NCBI GenBank assembly: GCA_020184695.1
Contig: JAANOX010000022.1
Location: forward strand, 62,001-126,000
Origin: Histomonas meleagridis 2922-C6/04-290x
Lineage: Eukaryota; Protista; Parabasalia
DNA length: 64,000 nt
Reading direction: 5' to 3'
How positions within the stretch are numbered: the first letter of the stretch is position 1; the number at the start of each line of letters is the position of its first letter. Position numbers and translations under genes: made by a program. The notes under the pieces were generated by a model that ran no database searches, was not told the DNA's origin, and saw only the letters and a program-made list of their open reading frames with translations. Of the stretch, positions 43,542-54,333 are shown in pieces.

Positions 43542-44483
43542 TTATTCACGAGAAATAAAAGTAATTTTTTCATTACTTAATGATGAACCATTGAAGCTTA
43601 ACTTATAATAGCTTCCATTCAATGATATAATTCCAATTATCATTGAGTTTATCCAACAGATTCTCCCCATTGGCATTTGTTGTCCTAACTCTAACGTGGC
43701 AACAGGTGGTGTCTGTGCTTTTGCATTTGACACTTTTCTTCTGATGTCATAAACTTTTACAACTCCTTCGTTCGAAAGAGATACGAAGAAATCGTTCGTA
43801 GGAGAAAAGTCCATTGCTCTGATGATGTCATTTGACGTGTTTCTTTTGAGAAGAACTGCACATCTTTGTGTTGATGAATCCCAAATTCGAATGGTAGTAC
43901 CAGAGAAAGCAGCTGTAGCAAAATATTTTCCATCATCAGAGAAGGTGACACATGAAACAGCTGTTGAATGTGCTTCAACTTCTTTAGTGGTGACGGAACC
44001 ACTGATTCCAGTAAGTAAATAAACATCTTTGGCATTCCGAGCCGATATTATAAGAGACGAAGAGTCATGAGAAAGAGCCATGGGAACATGGACATTCATT
44101 CCTGATTTGAATGATTGAATTTGTTGATGAGTTTCGATATTCCAAACTTCTGTAACTTGATTCATACAACAAATAAGAACATTTCGACCAAGTGCTATGG
44201 TGAGGATGTGATCTGGAAATTGATTTTCAAATTTAATTTTACCAGACTCATGATCAAAAATACGTACAGATTTACTGTTGAACTTGTGCGGGGAAGGAGA
44301 GCCTGTGAGCGCAATAAAGCGATAGCCATTGTATGTTGCTACATTTCCAAGAGAGAGGTCTTCACATTCACGGCTAAAAATCATTCCAAAAGGTTCACAC
44401 CTAAAAATCAAATATTGAGATGGAAGTATGGCAGTAAATGTTTCTCTATCATCATTATAACATAAGGATCTGATTGGGTACAT
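43542..44483 (-). CDS. ATG18: WIPI/Atg18-family (PROPPIN) WD40 beta-propeller
   Basis: YLIFRCEPFG, KSVRIFD, AHSTAVSCVTFSDDGKYFATAAFSGTTIRIWD. Probable start ATG 44483. Confidence 0.7.
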   Translation of the reverse strand: MYPIRSLCYNDDRETFTAILPSQYLIFRCEPFGMIFSRECEDLSLGNVATYNGYRFIALTGSPSPHKFNSKSVRIFDHESGKIKFENQFPDHILTIALGRNVLICCMNQVTEVWNIETHQQIQSFKSGMNVHVPMALSHDSSSLIISARNAKDVYLLTGISGSVTTKEVEAHSTAVSCVTFSDDGKYFATAAFSGTTIRIWDSSTQRCAVLLKRNTSNDIIRAMDFSPTNDFFVSLSNEGVVKVYDIRRKVSNAKAQTPPVATLELGQQMPMGRICWINSMIIGIISLNGSYYKLSFNGSSLSNEKITFISRE

Positions 44484-44578
44484 ATTGTTGTTTTTGTGAT
44501 TTTTTGCACGCTTTTCAAAAAGTCGATATGCAAAAGGGCACCCCTTATCCCAAGTTAATGCAGCACAACTTTCAATCA

Positions 44579-44751
44579 AATATCTTTATCATTAATACCA
44601 ATTCCTTCTTGTTCAAGAAGTAATTTAACTATTTCTGTATGACCTTTCCAAGATGCATGAGTAAGTGCTGTTCTAAATAATTTAAATAATTTCCAAATAT
44701 TATTTTGAAATATAAAATTATTAAAATAAATTTCAAATAAAACGAATAACA
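44579..44751 (-). repeat. Single spacer-plus-ankyrin unit of the dispersed ankyrin/spacer family
   Basis: An 80-nt spacer with the TTTCAAAATAATATTTGGAAATTATTTAAA core, then TALTHASWKGHTEIVKLLLEQEGIGINDKD; near-identical to the units at 58.1-58.5 kb. Confidence 0.85.
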
Positions 44752-44925
44752 AACGTACCACAAACGGTTTACAAATGATAATGATTCACATTATCGAAGC
44801 ATCCTTCGGCAGCTCAAATCATTTGGGAAAGATTTTAAGTTATAACGCATGTCCAGAATATACTTAAAAATAAATGCACAAGAAGAAAAATAATGCTGTG
44901 CTTTCGAATTTAAGAGAAGACTCGT

Positions 44926-45729
44926 TTAGCACTTGCAGTCGGATTCTCTAACCCAACCAATGCCGCCTCCGATGAGAACTCCAGCAGCACGACCACTAAT
45001 AACTCTTGATACTGTGTATGTACCAGAAATCTTACGAGCATATGTGCCTGCATATGAATCAGTGTAAAGATTAGCGTTGCTTAATGTAACAGACTTTCCA
45101 ACAGCAACTGTGCATGATGGAGATGGGGATGGTGAATCGCCAATGAAGTTGGAAATGTGATTTGCTTCCATGCTGGCAATCTTGTCAAGGTTGGAGTCTA
45201 CTAAAAGCCAGTTTGCAGCTGCAACATTTGTATGGAATGAATGTTCAACAAGAATTCTGTTAGCAACGCCAACATGTTGTGCACCACGGAGAACACCATA
45301 CCATTCACCACCGCTTCCTTGTTTTGTGATAACCTTACCGGCTTGTCTTGTTCCCATAAGTGAATGGAGTGAGTTAGCGATGTTTGTGGATAATGTATTA
45401 ACGCCACCTGAGTTATCAAGTGATGTAATGACAAGAGGGTAATCAACAGATTCTGTTCCGCATGCATTTGAATGGATAGAAATGAAAAGATTGCATCCCT
45501 TTGCAGTGTTACCACGCTTTTCAAGTGATGGATCATCATTAAGTGATGACTTTGTCATGACAACAGAGATTCCTTTGTTTTGAAGTTGTGTCTTGAGCTT
45601 ATTTGATAACTTCCAAACAACCTCAGACTCATAGTATGTAGAAACGGCACCCTTGTTGTATTTTCCAGCGTGGCCAGGGTCGATACAAACCTTTGCTGAT
45701 GTAGAAAGAGCAAGAAGAAGAGCAAACAT
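44926..45729 (-). CDS. Secreted N-acetylmuramoyl-L-alanine amidase (Amidase_3) with C-terminal SH3b-like wall-binding domain, bacterial/phage-type
   Basis: Signal peptide MFALLLALSTSA; Zn/catalytic residues in IDPGH, YYESE, ISIHSN and ILVEH; P/S linker; C-terminal ...GIGWVRESD. Confidence 0.9.
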   Translation of the reverse strand: MFALLLALSTSAKVCIDPGHAGKYNKGAVSTYYESEVVWKLSNKLKTQLQNKGISVVMTKSSLNDDPSLEKRGNTAKGCNLFISIHSNACGTESVDYPLVITSLDNSGGVNTLSTNIANSLHSLMGTRQAGKVITKQGSGGEWYGVLRGAQHVGVANRILVEHSFHTNVAAANWLLVDSNLDKIASMEANHISNFIGDSPSPSPSCTVAVGKSVTLSNANLYTDSYAGTYARKISGTYTVSRVISGRAAGVLIGGGIGWVRESDCKC

Positions 45730-46459
45730 ATCCGAATGTCAGTTTGACATCATTTCTGTTGACATAGTTTTGTTGACTAAAAATAAACTTGTCAAATTTG
45801 AACCGACTGGTGGCTGTAAACCAGTTCCAAAAATTCAGACAGGCGGTTATATTGAATTTGAACGGAAATTAGGACGTTAAATTTACCTTGAAAACAAACT
45901 TGGGGAAATCTATTCAAAATTCTGTTCAATCATCTCAAAAAGTTGCATTCAGAAATGATTCTTTAACACCACGTGGTGTTTGAATGGAATTAGCGTGCTC
46001 TTCACGAGTTCAATTTCTCTTTGATTACCTTTGTGGAGTGATTCATGTATCGCTGTCCCAGTAGCTTATAATCCTGTCTCAGATCAACCAGTTGTAGAAA
46101 TTAAGTCCTTTAATCCAATTTTTGAGATTTGTAATTCAAAACAAAGGCCAATACTAGTATTTTTATTTCTGGAAATGATGGAAGTAAACATTTCTGAAAG
46201 GACGCGATATCGTTCGGCTTGACCAAATGATAATGCAATTTTTTGAGTTAATTAACAGTTATCACATGGGTTTCATGATGAAAGTCATTCGGCTGGATTA
46301 ATCTCGTCATAATCTCGTCGATTCCTTCTTCAATTATAATTGGTAGTTTTGTGTGAAATTATCTGAATGATGATCAATTTGGTGTGTCGTTTTCTAATCA
46401 ACTTATTTGAAACATAAATAGTATTTTTAATGGAAAAAGCGGTTTTATGATAATTCATC

Positions 46460-46884
46460 AAAACACAGATTTTGAAAAATAAATTGCAGATTTGATAGCC
46501 GAAAAGAAACGCCTTACCGTTATTAGCAATGACCTAAAAGAAAAAATAGCAGTGACAGAAAAAAAAAAAAAAACGATCCAAAGTCTTCATGATACACTTA
46601 AAGATTCATGCTTCAATCTTAATTCAAAACTCACTGAACTTAAAGAAGAAAAAGAAAGGAATGAACAATCATATGAAAATGAATATAAACATTCAATTGT
46701 ATGTTTAAAGTTACAAATCAGAAAATACACCAAACAACTTGAAAAAGAAAAGCAAAATTGCGAGTTAACTGCTAGCAGAATTTCTTTTGTTCAGACGACG
46801 TGGGAAAAAAAGAAAATGGAAAAAATGAACAAAATTTCAGAAATAAAATATAACACAAAATTACTTCAATCACAGAACGAATGA
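46460..46884 (+). pseudogene. Truncated ~413-bp duplicate of the 5' part of the 53423 gene
   Basis: 46460-46872 aligns with 53427-53841; it has lost the ATG, has CAA>TAA, and diverges after CTTCAATCA. Confidence 0.85.
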
Positions 46885-47025
46885 CATTGTCACTTTTTAA
46901 AATTGAGAAGTTGAACATTTTTGGTGAATTGTTTTACCCTTCAGACAAACTTAGTCAATTAATTTTTTGTCAAAATGCATATTTTGACGCCTGAAAATTT
47001 TGACAATTGATCAATTTTTTATTTA

Positions 47026-47310
47026 ATGAGTGCTGATGATCAAGATTTTCTCATTGAAATGCGAATCAGGAAAGTTAATTCTCTAATGGATTATGTGTCA
47101 TATGAAGATTGTAGGAAAGCCCTCAAAAATGCATCTTACAACATCTTCAATGCAATTCTTCTACTTCAAAACAAAGAAATGGTCAATGTCAGCAAAAAAA
47201 TTTCAAAGAAATTTAGTGGATTGTTAAATTTATTTGAAATATCTCAAGTCCTATTTATATGTAATAATGATGAAGATGAAGCCATATCCATACTTAATAC
47301 TATGATATAA
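47026..47310 (+). CDS. Small protein with possible tandem UBA-like helical domains
   Basis: CRKALKNASYNIFNAILLL and ISQVLFICNNDEDEAISIL resemble UBA/CUE third helices. Confidence 0.5.
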   Translation: MSADDQDFLIEMRIRKVNSLMDYVSYEDCRKALKNASYNIFNAILLLQNKEMVNVSKKISKKFSGLLNLFEISQVLFICNNDEDEAISILNTMI

Positions 47311-47785
47311 TGATTATTAAACAAGTACACATTCTTTCTTATAGTTTTTCAAAATGAAAAAATTATTACCAAACGTATAGCTTTGATTTGTTATAATTTG
47401 AGAAAATTCTGCTTAAAAGTATTAATATATTTCTATCTTTGTGCTGAAATTGATAGCTGCAATGCAAGAAGTGTCTGAAATTAATCATTTGTTCCTATAA
47501 ATTTTATTATACGTATGCAATTTAATGATTAATTCGACCATTTTTAATTATATGATTAGCTGTGGTTCACTATTCAAATATAAACTTACATTTTTCAAAT
47601 TTTAAAATTACTACACTTAGATTCATAAAATTTTTATTTTTTTAATTAGCAAATATTTAATAGAATTTCCGTTGAATTTATAAATCCATCAATTAACATT
47701 AAAATCTATTCTTTCTAGGAATTTCTAATCTATTTTTTTCTATAAATGTACCAATTAAGAAATGTGATGTTAAAAAAGGAAACCG

Positions 47786-50700
47786 ATGGAAATTAGGGAA
47801 GAAGATGAATCCAAAGAACTCATCAAATCATTTTTATATTATGTAATATTTACAAACCCAGAAGCTCCTTTGTTACACATAAAATTTGATTTTGATTTTC
47901 AACAAATTTCAAAAATCATATTACCACTTTTAAAAGCAACATCAACTTTACCCAATGCCACTGAAATCCAGTGGAGGATCAAATGCTTTCATCAACGTTT
48001 CTCAGATCAAGAAATCAAAGATTTTAAAATTACAGATCCTTCTTTTGACTTTGCTTATCTTGATTTACAAAAATTAAAAGAACAAGCCGCACAGGTGCTT
48101 CTTACTTTTACCAATGGTAAAAGGTCACTTCGTAATCTAACGGATCGTGATAAAAATAATCTCGCATTATTTTTACTTATTCTTCGTAAAAGTCATCCCG
48201 GCATATTTCATATTATTTACCCCATGTTTGTTCCTATTATTAATACATTTGATTTAACCAAACTTCTTAATTCCATTGGAATAGATATATTATATTTTCT
48301 CAAAAACCCCACTCAACAACTATGTGACAGCATTACATTTGATATCAATGATTTACCACAATATTTCAAATTTGACACCAATTTTTTATATCCAGATTTC
48401 ACATATAATTTACAAAAACGCCTCACGTTATTATATCAATTTCCTTCATATTTTTCATCTGTTTTTAATTCATTATATTTCTCTTTAGCCAACACATGTA
48501 TTTCTACGTCCACTTTTTTTGTTGATATTATTTCGCAATTAGTCATTGAACAAATTATTTCACAAGAATTTGACAAATTTAATGAATTATTTGAAATGTT
48601 TCCTGATATATTACCATATATATTATGTAATCATCAACAAATATTATATTCTAATTTACAAAACTTTTTACCGATATTAAAATTAAAATATGAACCATCG
48701 ATAGCCACTGAATGTTTAAATTGTTTTATAAATGATTTCCAATTATTAAACATTATATCATATATAACATCTAAAGATATAACTATCAATGATTTAACGA
48801 ATAAATCAATACCGAAAAACTTAGAAAAATTTTTATTGAAGAAAGATATCTTTGAATATGAATCATTAAATTATTATATAATATCACCAAATGATATAAC
48901 AAATGATTTTGATTTCATTCGATATTATAATGTAATATATAAATTATTAACAAATATAATTTTAAACGATAATAAAAACATAAAAAATTTAATAAATGAA
49001 ATTAAAGAATTATTAAATGATATTAAAGATAAAAATATATTAAATGATATTATTATTGATATATTTTCATTATTATTTATCCAAAAAGATGAAAAATATT
49101 TGTTTTCGATTTCATTTGTTAAGAAAATTATTAATTTATTAAATAAATTTTTAACTAATGAAAACAAATATATAACAAATTCAATATTCATTCTAAAAAA
49201 CTCAAAAACATTCGAAGATATATTTAATAAAGATCCAACAGAAATATTCGAAGCAATTAATACCAAAAATTGGGAATTAGCAAATAACTTAACAATGAAT
49301 TTATCATTTTATCGGAAATTATTTATATTATCATATTCGATTTACACTATAAATAGTTATAATAAAATACCAAAAGAAATCGAAACTGAAAACAATTTAC
49401 TTAACATTGAAATATCATTAACGACAAATAATTTAATAAAATTTAATAATAATAACAAAACAAAAGATGTACAAACAATTGAATTAATTGATTTCATTAA
49501 ATTATCAAATGAAGAAATGAATAATTATATAAACAATGATCTTTCAAACGAAATAAAAATAAATGCAAATGAAATCGTTAATATGTTAAATGGTCATAAA
49601 GACTTTTCTTGCTTCAACGAAAGAAAATGGGAACCAATTCAAGAGTTTGTGAATATGTTTGAAGAAACGCCAATCGATTTCATTACTACAAATCATCAAA
49701 ATATAATTTCTGAAGCTGAAACACTTTATAAGTTTTTGTGTTATTTAAATGAGTTTTATAATATTCAAAACATTTCACAAAATATAAAATTCGAATTCGA
49801 TATAATTAAATCGATTTTAAATATTTATAATGAAAATGATATAATTAATGCCGAGAAACTTTCGAAATTATTTAATTTGGAATTATTTAAAATAGTTATA
49901 AATAATGTAAATAATTTTGACATTAACAATGATTTCATTAAATATTATTCTAAACTATATCCATTAGAAACTAAAGCATTAAATTTAATAAAAGATTTAG
50001 AAAACGATAAAGAACAAATTGAAAACGAAACCGAAATTATTCAAAAAGTCAAAAACAATGAGCAAATTGAATACGACGATATAATATATCAAATTAACAC
50101 AAAACCTTTATATGAATCCTTAATACAAAATGATGAATTTTCATTTAATGATCAAATGTTAACATTATTAAACCTAATTAGTTATAATTCTAATAAAGAC
50201 GAAAACTCAAAAATTGTTCGAATTAGATTAATTCACAAATATAAATCGAAGTCATATAGTGAATTAATTAATAATTTATATCAATCAAATGACTTTAATG
50301 ACATAACAAAGTATTTAAATAACTCAAACGAATTTGAATCGGATTTAATACGTTTTATTGATTTAAGTGAAAATAATAATGACTTATTAAATGAATTAAT
50401 TTATAATTATGGGAATTCATATTTTAATATGTTTTATGATAAATTAATTAATGACTCAACAAAGTTTTCATTATTAAAAGATTTAATACCTGAAAATGAA
50501 AAAATTATTTTCGACTCATTCATGACATTACCTAAAGAAATCCAGAAAAACACGAAATTTAATGATAAGAATTCGATTTTAAATGAATTCATTAACAATC
50601 CTCAATATATATTAAAGATAAAAACAAAAAATTTGGGAATTTTAAATGATTCCGATTTAATGTTTATATTGAAATCTTTAAAATTAAATGATAAATTGTT

Positions 50701-52465
50701 TTATTATAAAATTATCGATCATTTAATTCCATTATTTAATAATAAGGAAATGATCACTAAAGTTTTTCACGATAATTATGAAAAACATATTAAATCAATT
50801 AACGTTACTTCATTAGATACCGAAAATTATGCAATATTTCTATTAAATTATATAAATAATATTTTCATAAAAATCAATCAAAGTAATAATCAAGTTAAAT
50901 GTTTATTAGTGTTCTTGGAAAACAGAATTTTTTATAATTTTATGTCCTCTTATACATTTGAGAAATTCGGATCAGAAAATTTCGGTGATTATCTTCTAGA
51001 AATATGTTTTAAAAATGATATCAACTCTCAAAGCTTACTACAAAACATTTCGGATTCATTTAATACTAAAATTGAACAATATTACTTCAATGTTTTATAT
51101 ATTCTATCAAAAATTGGTCTATTCTCTACATGTAAAACCTTATTAAATGAATATAAAAGTCAAATTAAGGCATTCTATTTCGATTTATATCATGAATATG
51201 ATTCCAATAATGAAGAAAACCAAACGAATGATGACATGCATCCATTCTTTAATTATTACATCAAGCTGCCACTTTTCGACATCAATTTCATTGAAAAAGT
51301 TCAACAAACACCTTTCGATCAAATTTCGAATTTATTTGCCTTAAAATATAATTTACCAACACCAAATTTAATATATGAAAATAAAACACGTACAAATAAT
51401 CTTAAATATTATTGCTCATATTGTTTATCCCCAATTGCATCTGTTAAATCATTAATATATATCAAATATTATCGAATTGCTTACCAAATATTGATGAACG
51501 TTGATGATGATAAACGATTGGATTTCTTCTTGGATAATTTTTATTCATCAATTATTAAATATGATCAATTTGAAGATTTTTCTAAGTTTATATTAGATCA
51601 AGACCCCGAATTTATAATTACTGGCGAATTATTTACGAATGCAACAAATTATTTCGAGCAAAAATTAATGAGGCATAATGCATTAACTATATATAGTTTT
51701 AGACATCAATATGATGAAGCTGCAAGAACAGCTATACAATTGTTTCATATTGATGCATCTGATGAAAAAAGATTATATCATATTGCAATTGCTTACTCAT
51801 TCTTGGCGCAAGCCTTAGATTTAAGACATAACCCACAGAAGAATGTCATTCCTAAGTATATACCTTCGGATACCTTCACAACAGACATCGAAAAAATGCT
51901 GTTGATGACCGACATTCAAACAAAGTTCTGTGAATTTTGTTATAATCAAAGAATTGAATTTTCGCCGTCAGAACATGACATCATTGAAAATAATTCAAAT
52001 TGTGTTAACGTCTGCGCTCTTTGTAAATATTATAAAGTTATGAATTTCAATGAAAAGCCAATTCATATAAAGTTAAATGTTGAAAAAGTGGATGAAATTT
52101 ATTCAAAATTGATTAATGCATTGAATATTGAACCGCTTGATGTGACTTCACATTTGGCAAAATATTTGTCAAAACAAAGCAAAAACGAAATTATTCAATT
52201 CGTGGAAAAATTCATTATTAATTGTCCAAATGAAAAATCTGAACTGTTATCATTGTTAGTTAGAAATGTTGCAACAACGAAAAAATTTGAGATTATCAAA
52301 GATTTGATTAAATTCGAAAAAAATGAAAAAATGAAAATGTTAATGTGTTTGGAAAATGATTTGATTGAAGAAGCTTTTGAATTGGCAAAGAAACTAAAGG
52401 ATAAGAAAGTTATACCTTTAATCCAATTTAGGGCTTCGCAACTCGGAATGAAAAAATTTATATGA
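47786..52465 (+). CDS. Large alpha-helical protein with spastizin (ZFYVE26/SPG15)-like C-terminus
   Basis: 1559-aa ORF. The C-terminal DQDPEF..TGELFTNATNYFEQKLMRHNALTIYSFRHQYDEAARTAIQLF recalls the SPG15 DP....GKYLIAACQHLQKK..YH.LY..Q.FMKD.VRAAMTCI.FF block. Confidence 0.55.
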   Translation: MEIREEDESKELIKSFLYYVIFTNPEAPLLHIKFDFDFQQISKIILPLLKATSTLPNATEIQWRIKCFHQRFSDQEIKDFKITDPSFDFAYLDLQKLKEQAAQVLLTFTNGKRSLRNLTDRDKNNLALFLLILRKSHPGIFHIIYPMFVPIINTFDLTKLLNSIGIDILYFLKNPTQQLCDSITFDINDLPQYFKFDTNFLYPDFTYNLQKRLTLLYQFPSYFSSVFNSLYFSLANTCISTSTFFVDIISQLVIEQIISQEFDKFNELFEMFPDILPYILCNHQQILYSNLQNFLPILKLKYEPSIATECLNCFINDFQLLNIISYITSKDITINDLTNKSIPKNLEKFLLKKDIFEYESLNYYIISPNDITNDFDFIRYYNVIYKLLTNIILNDNKNIKNLINEIKELLNDIKDKNILNDIIIDIFSLLFIQKDEKYLFSISFVKKIINLLNKFLTNENKYITNSIFILKNSKTFEDIFNKDPTEIFEAINTKNWELANNLTMNLSFYRKLFILSYSIYTINSYNKIPKEIETENNLLNIEISLTTNNLIKFNNNNKTKDVQTIELIDFIKLSNEEMNNYINNDLSNEIKINANEIVNMLNGHKDFSCFNERKWEPIQEFVNMFEETPIDFITTNHQNIISEAETLYKFLCYLNEFYNIQNISQNIKFEFDIIKSILNIYNENDIINAEKLSKLFNLELFKIVINNVNNFDINNDFIKYYSKLYPLETKALNLIKDLENDKEQIENETEIIQKVKNNEQIEYDDIIYQINTKPLYESLIQNDEFSFNDQMLTLLNLISYNSNKDENSKIVRIRLIHKYKSKSYSELINNLYQSNDFNDITKYLNNSNEFESDLIRFIDLSENNNDLLNELIYNYGNSYFNMFYDKLINDSTKFSLLKDLIPENEKIIFDSFMTLPKEIQKNTKFNDKNSILNEFINNPQYILKIKTKNLGILNDSDLMFILKSLKLNDKLFYYKIIDHLIPLFNNKEMITKVFHDNYEKHIKSINVTSLDTENYAIFLLNYINNIFIKINQSNNQVKCLLVFLENRIFYNFMSSYTFEKFGSENFGDYLLEICFKNDINSQSLLQNISDSFNTKIEQYYFNVLYILSKIGLFSTCKTLLNEYKSQIKAFYFDLYHEYDSNNEENQTNDDMHPFFNYYIKLPLFDINFIEKVQQTPFDQISNLFALKYNLPTPNLIYENKTRTNNLKYYCSYCLSPIASVKSLIYIKYYRIAYQILMNVDDDKRLDFFLDNFYSSIIKYDQFEDFSKFILDQDPEFIITGELFTNATNYFEQKLMRHNALTIYSFRHQYDEAARTAIQLFHIDASDEKRLYHIAIAYSFLAQALDLRHNPQKNVIPKYIPSDTFTTDIEKMLLMTDIQTKFCEFCYNQRIEFSPSEHDIIENNSNCVNVCALCKYYKVMNFNEKPIHIKLNVEKVDEIYSKLINALNIEPLDVTSHLAKYLSKQSKNEIIQFVEKFIINCPNEKSELLSLLVRNVATTKKFEIIKDLIKFEKNEKMKMLMCLENDLIEEAFELAKKLKDKKVIPLIQFRASQLGMKKFI

Positions 52466-52885
52466 AATTTAATGTATTAATAAATTACTATTTCGAATCT
52501 TTGTTTTTGTTAAACCACTGTTTCTATACATGGGAAGATAATTTAGAGAAACTTAAAATAACACAAACACAGGAGATAAAAATTCGAATTCTTGAAATTC
52601 CTTAATGAATTTGAGGAAACTATATTCAGTTTTACTGAAGAAGACTTACAGAAGGCTGTTTAAAAAGTATTGGAATTATTCGATTTAAATTATCCTCTTA
52701 CATGTAATATTATTATAATTAACATAGTTTATAATGTATTTTCAACAAAAAAGCATGCTTGTATTTGATATTTCGTTAATTTTTTTAAAAAACACTTTTC
52801 AAACTAAAGAAGAAGAATTTTTTTTGTTATCAGAAAGGGAGAAAATAGTTAATACTTTAGAAAATATTCCAACAATATATTACAT

Positions 52886-53347
52886 TTACTTATTACTACC
52901 TTTTTTAATGTGGGAAAATTTATTTTCAGGATCGAGTTCTGTTGGAGGATTGCATAATGCTTCAAAAATGTTTCGTGTTGTGTTTTGAACTTTTTGGAAC
53001 CATTCTTCAAGAGGCGTTGAGGGGAACCCTTCCATCTTCTTGTCGAACCAAAGTGACGCTTCCTTAGACATGTAGGCAAATAAGGAATCTTCTCCATTAT
53101 ATAGTATCGCATTTGACCATATTAAATTAACATCGCTTTTGAATGCTTCTACATCACTGTATTGATCTGCATTGAGTTTCTTTTTAATTTCATTTAGAGC
53201 CATTGGTTTTTTGATATACTCATAATAATCAGGTGCTCCATCTCTAACAGGATCAACCATATTAACAAACGGAGAACATATTGGAAATTGTATCATTTTA
53301 TCAATAATTTTGATGCATTTACTCTTTTGGAATTCGTTGAGTGGCAT
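52886..53347 (-). CDS. Bromodomain protein (153 aa)
   Basis: PFVNMVDPVRDGAPDYYEYIKKPMAL..I, DVNLIWSNAILYN. Probable start ATG 53347. Confidence 0.92.
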   Translation of the reverse strand: MPLNEFQKSKCIKIIDKMIQFPICSPFVNMVDPVRDGAPDYYEYIKKPMALNEIKKKLNADQYSDVEAFKSDVNLIWSNAILYNGEDSLFAYMSKEASLWFDKKMEGFPSTPLEEWFQKVQNTTRNIFEALCNPPTELDPENKFSHIKKGSNK

Positions 53348-53422
53348 TTGGGTAAAAAGGATTTTTGTGGAATCTAAACGTTTCCATGAACGATAGAAGT
53401 TAACGGTCGAAAGATTCAGCAC

Positions 53423-54054
53423 ATGAAAAACACAGATTTTGAAAAACAAATTGCAGACTTGATAGCCGAAAAGAAACGCCTTACCGTTATTAGCAATGAC
53501 CTAAAAGAAAAAATAGCAGTGACAGAAAAAAAAAGAAAAACGATCCAAAGTCTTCATGATACACTTAAAGATTCATGCTTCAATCTTAATTCAAAACTCA
53601 CTGAACTTAAAGAAGAAAAAAAGAAAGGAATGAACAATCATATGAAAATGAATATAAACATTCAATTGTATGTTTAAAGTTACAAATCAGAAAATACACC
53701 AAACAACTTGAAAAAGAAAAGCAAAATTGCGAGTTAACTGCTAGCAGAATTTCTTTTGTTCAGACGACGTGGGAAAAAAAGAAAATGGAAAAAATGAACA
53801 AAATTTCAGAAATAAAATATAACACAAAATTACTTCAATCAAAAATTAACGAAACAGTAAAGCGTATCAGAGATATGAAGGGAATTATGTTAAAATTTGA
53901 AGAAGGAAATATATATCAAGAAATCATAAAATCTTCATTAAAAAGTAGCCCTTCAAAAGCTTCAAATGATGCTGAAAGATTAGAGCTTATGAAGATATGT
54001 CAAAATTTGCAAAAAAGAAGGGATATGCTTCGAGCCAATTTAGAAAAAAAATAA
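53423..54054 (+). CDS. Coiled-coil protein (~209 aa) split by a 2-nt A-run frameshift
   Basis: An A7 run near 53615 is A5 in the duplicate at 46.6 kb; correcting it joins the 53423 and 53785 ORFs. It is either a pseudogene or an assembly error. Confidence 0.65.
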
Positions 54055-54333
54055 TTTTGTTTTTGTTATTACAATACTACATAACTAAAGGATAAAGTGA
54101 CTTATCAAAAGTATATCTTTCAAAAATATGCAATTTCAATTTTATATTATGATTTTTTTCATAAAAAATTTTCTAGGAAAATTTTTATTTACTACATCAA
54201 TAATCCTAACTTGTGTTTTGTGTTGAGAATTTTATTGCTTAGCGACTAAGTAATCTTATGATTTTCCCGGGGAAAAATAAAAATTTTATTTTAAGAACTT
54301 TTTGAATTGATTTAACGTTTTTTTCAGCCAAAA

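Noticed and set aside
52520-52890. Possible N-terminal fragment of a DUF3447-type gene
   Set aside because: The resemblance is weak and the region is broken by stops.
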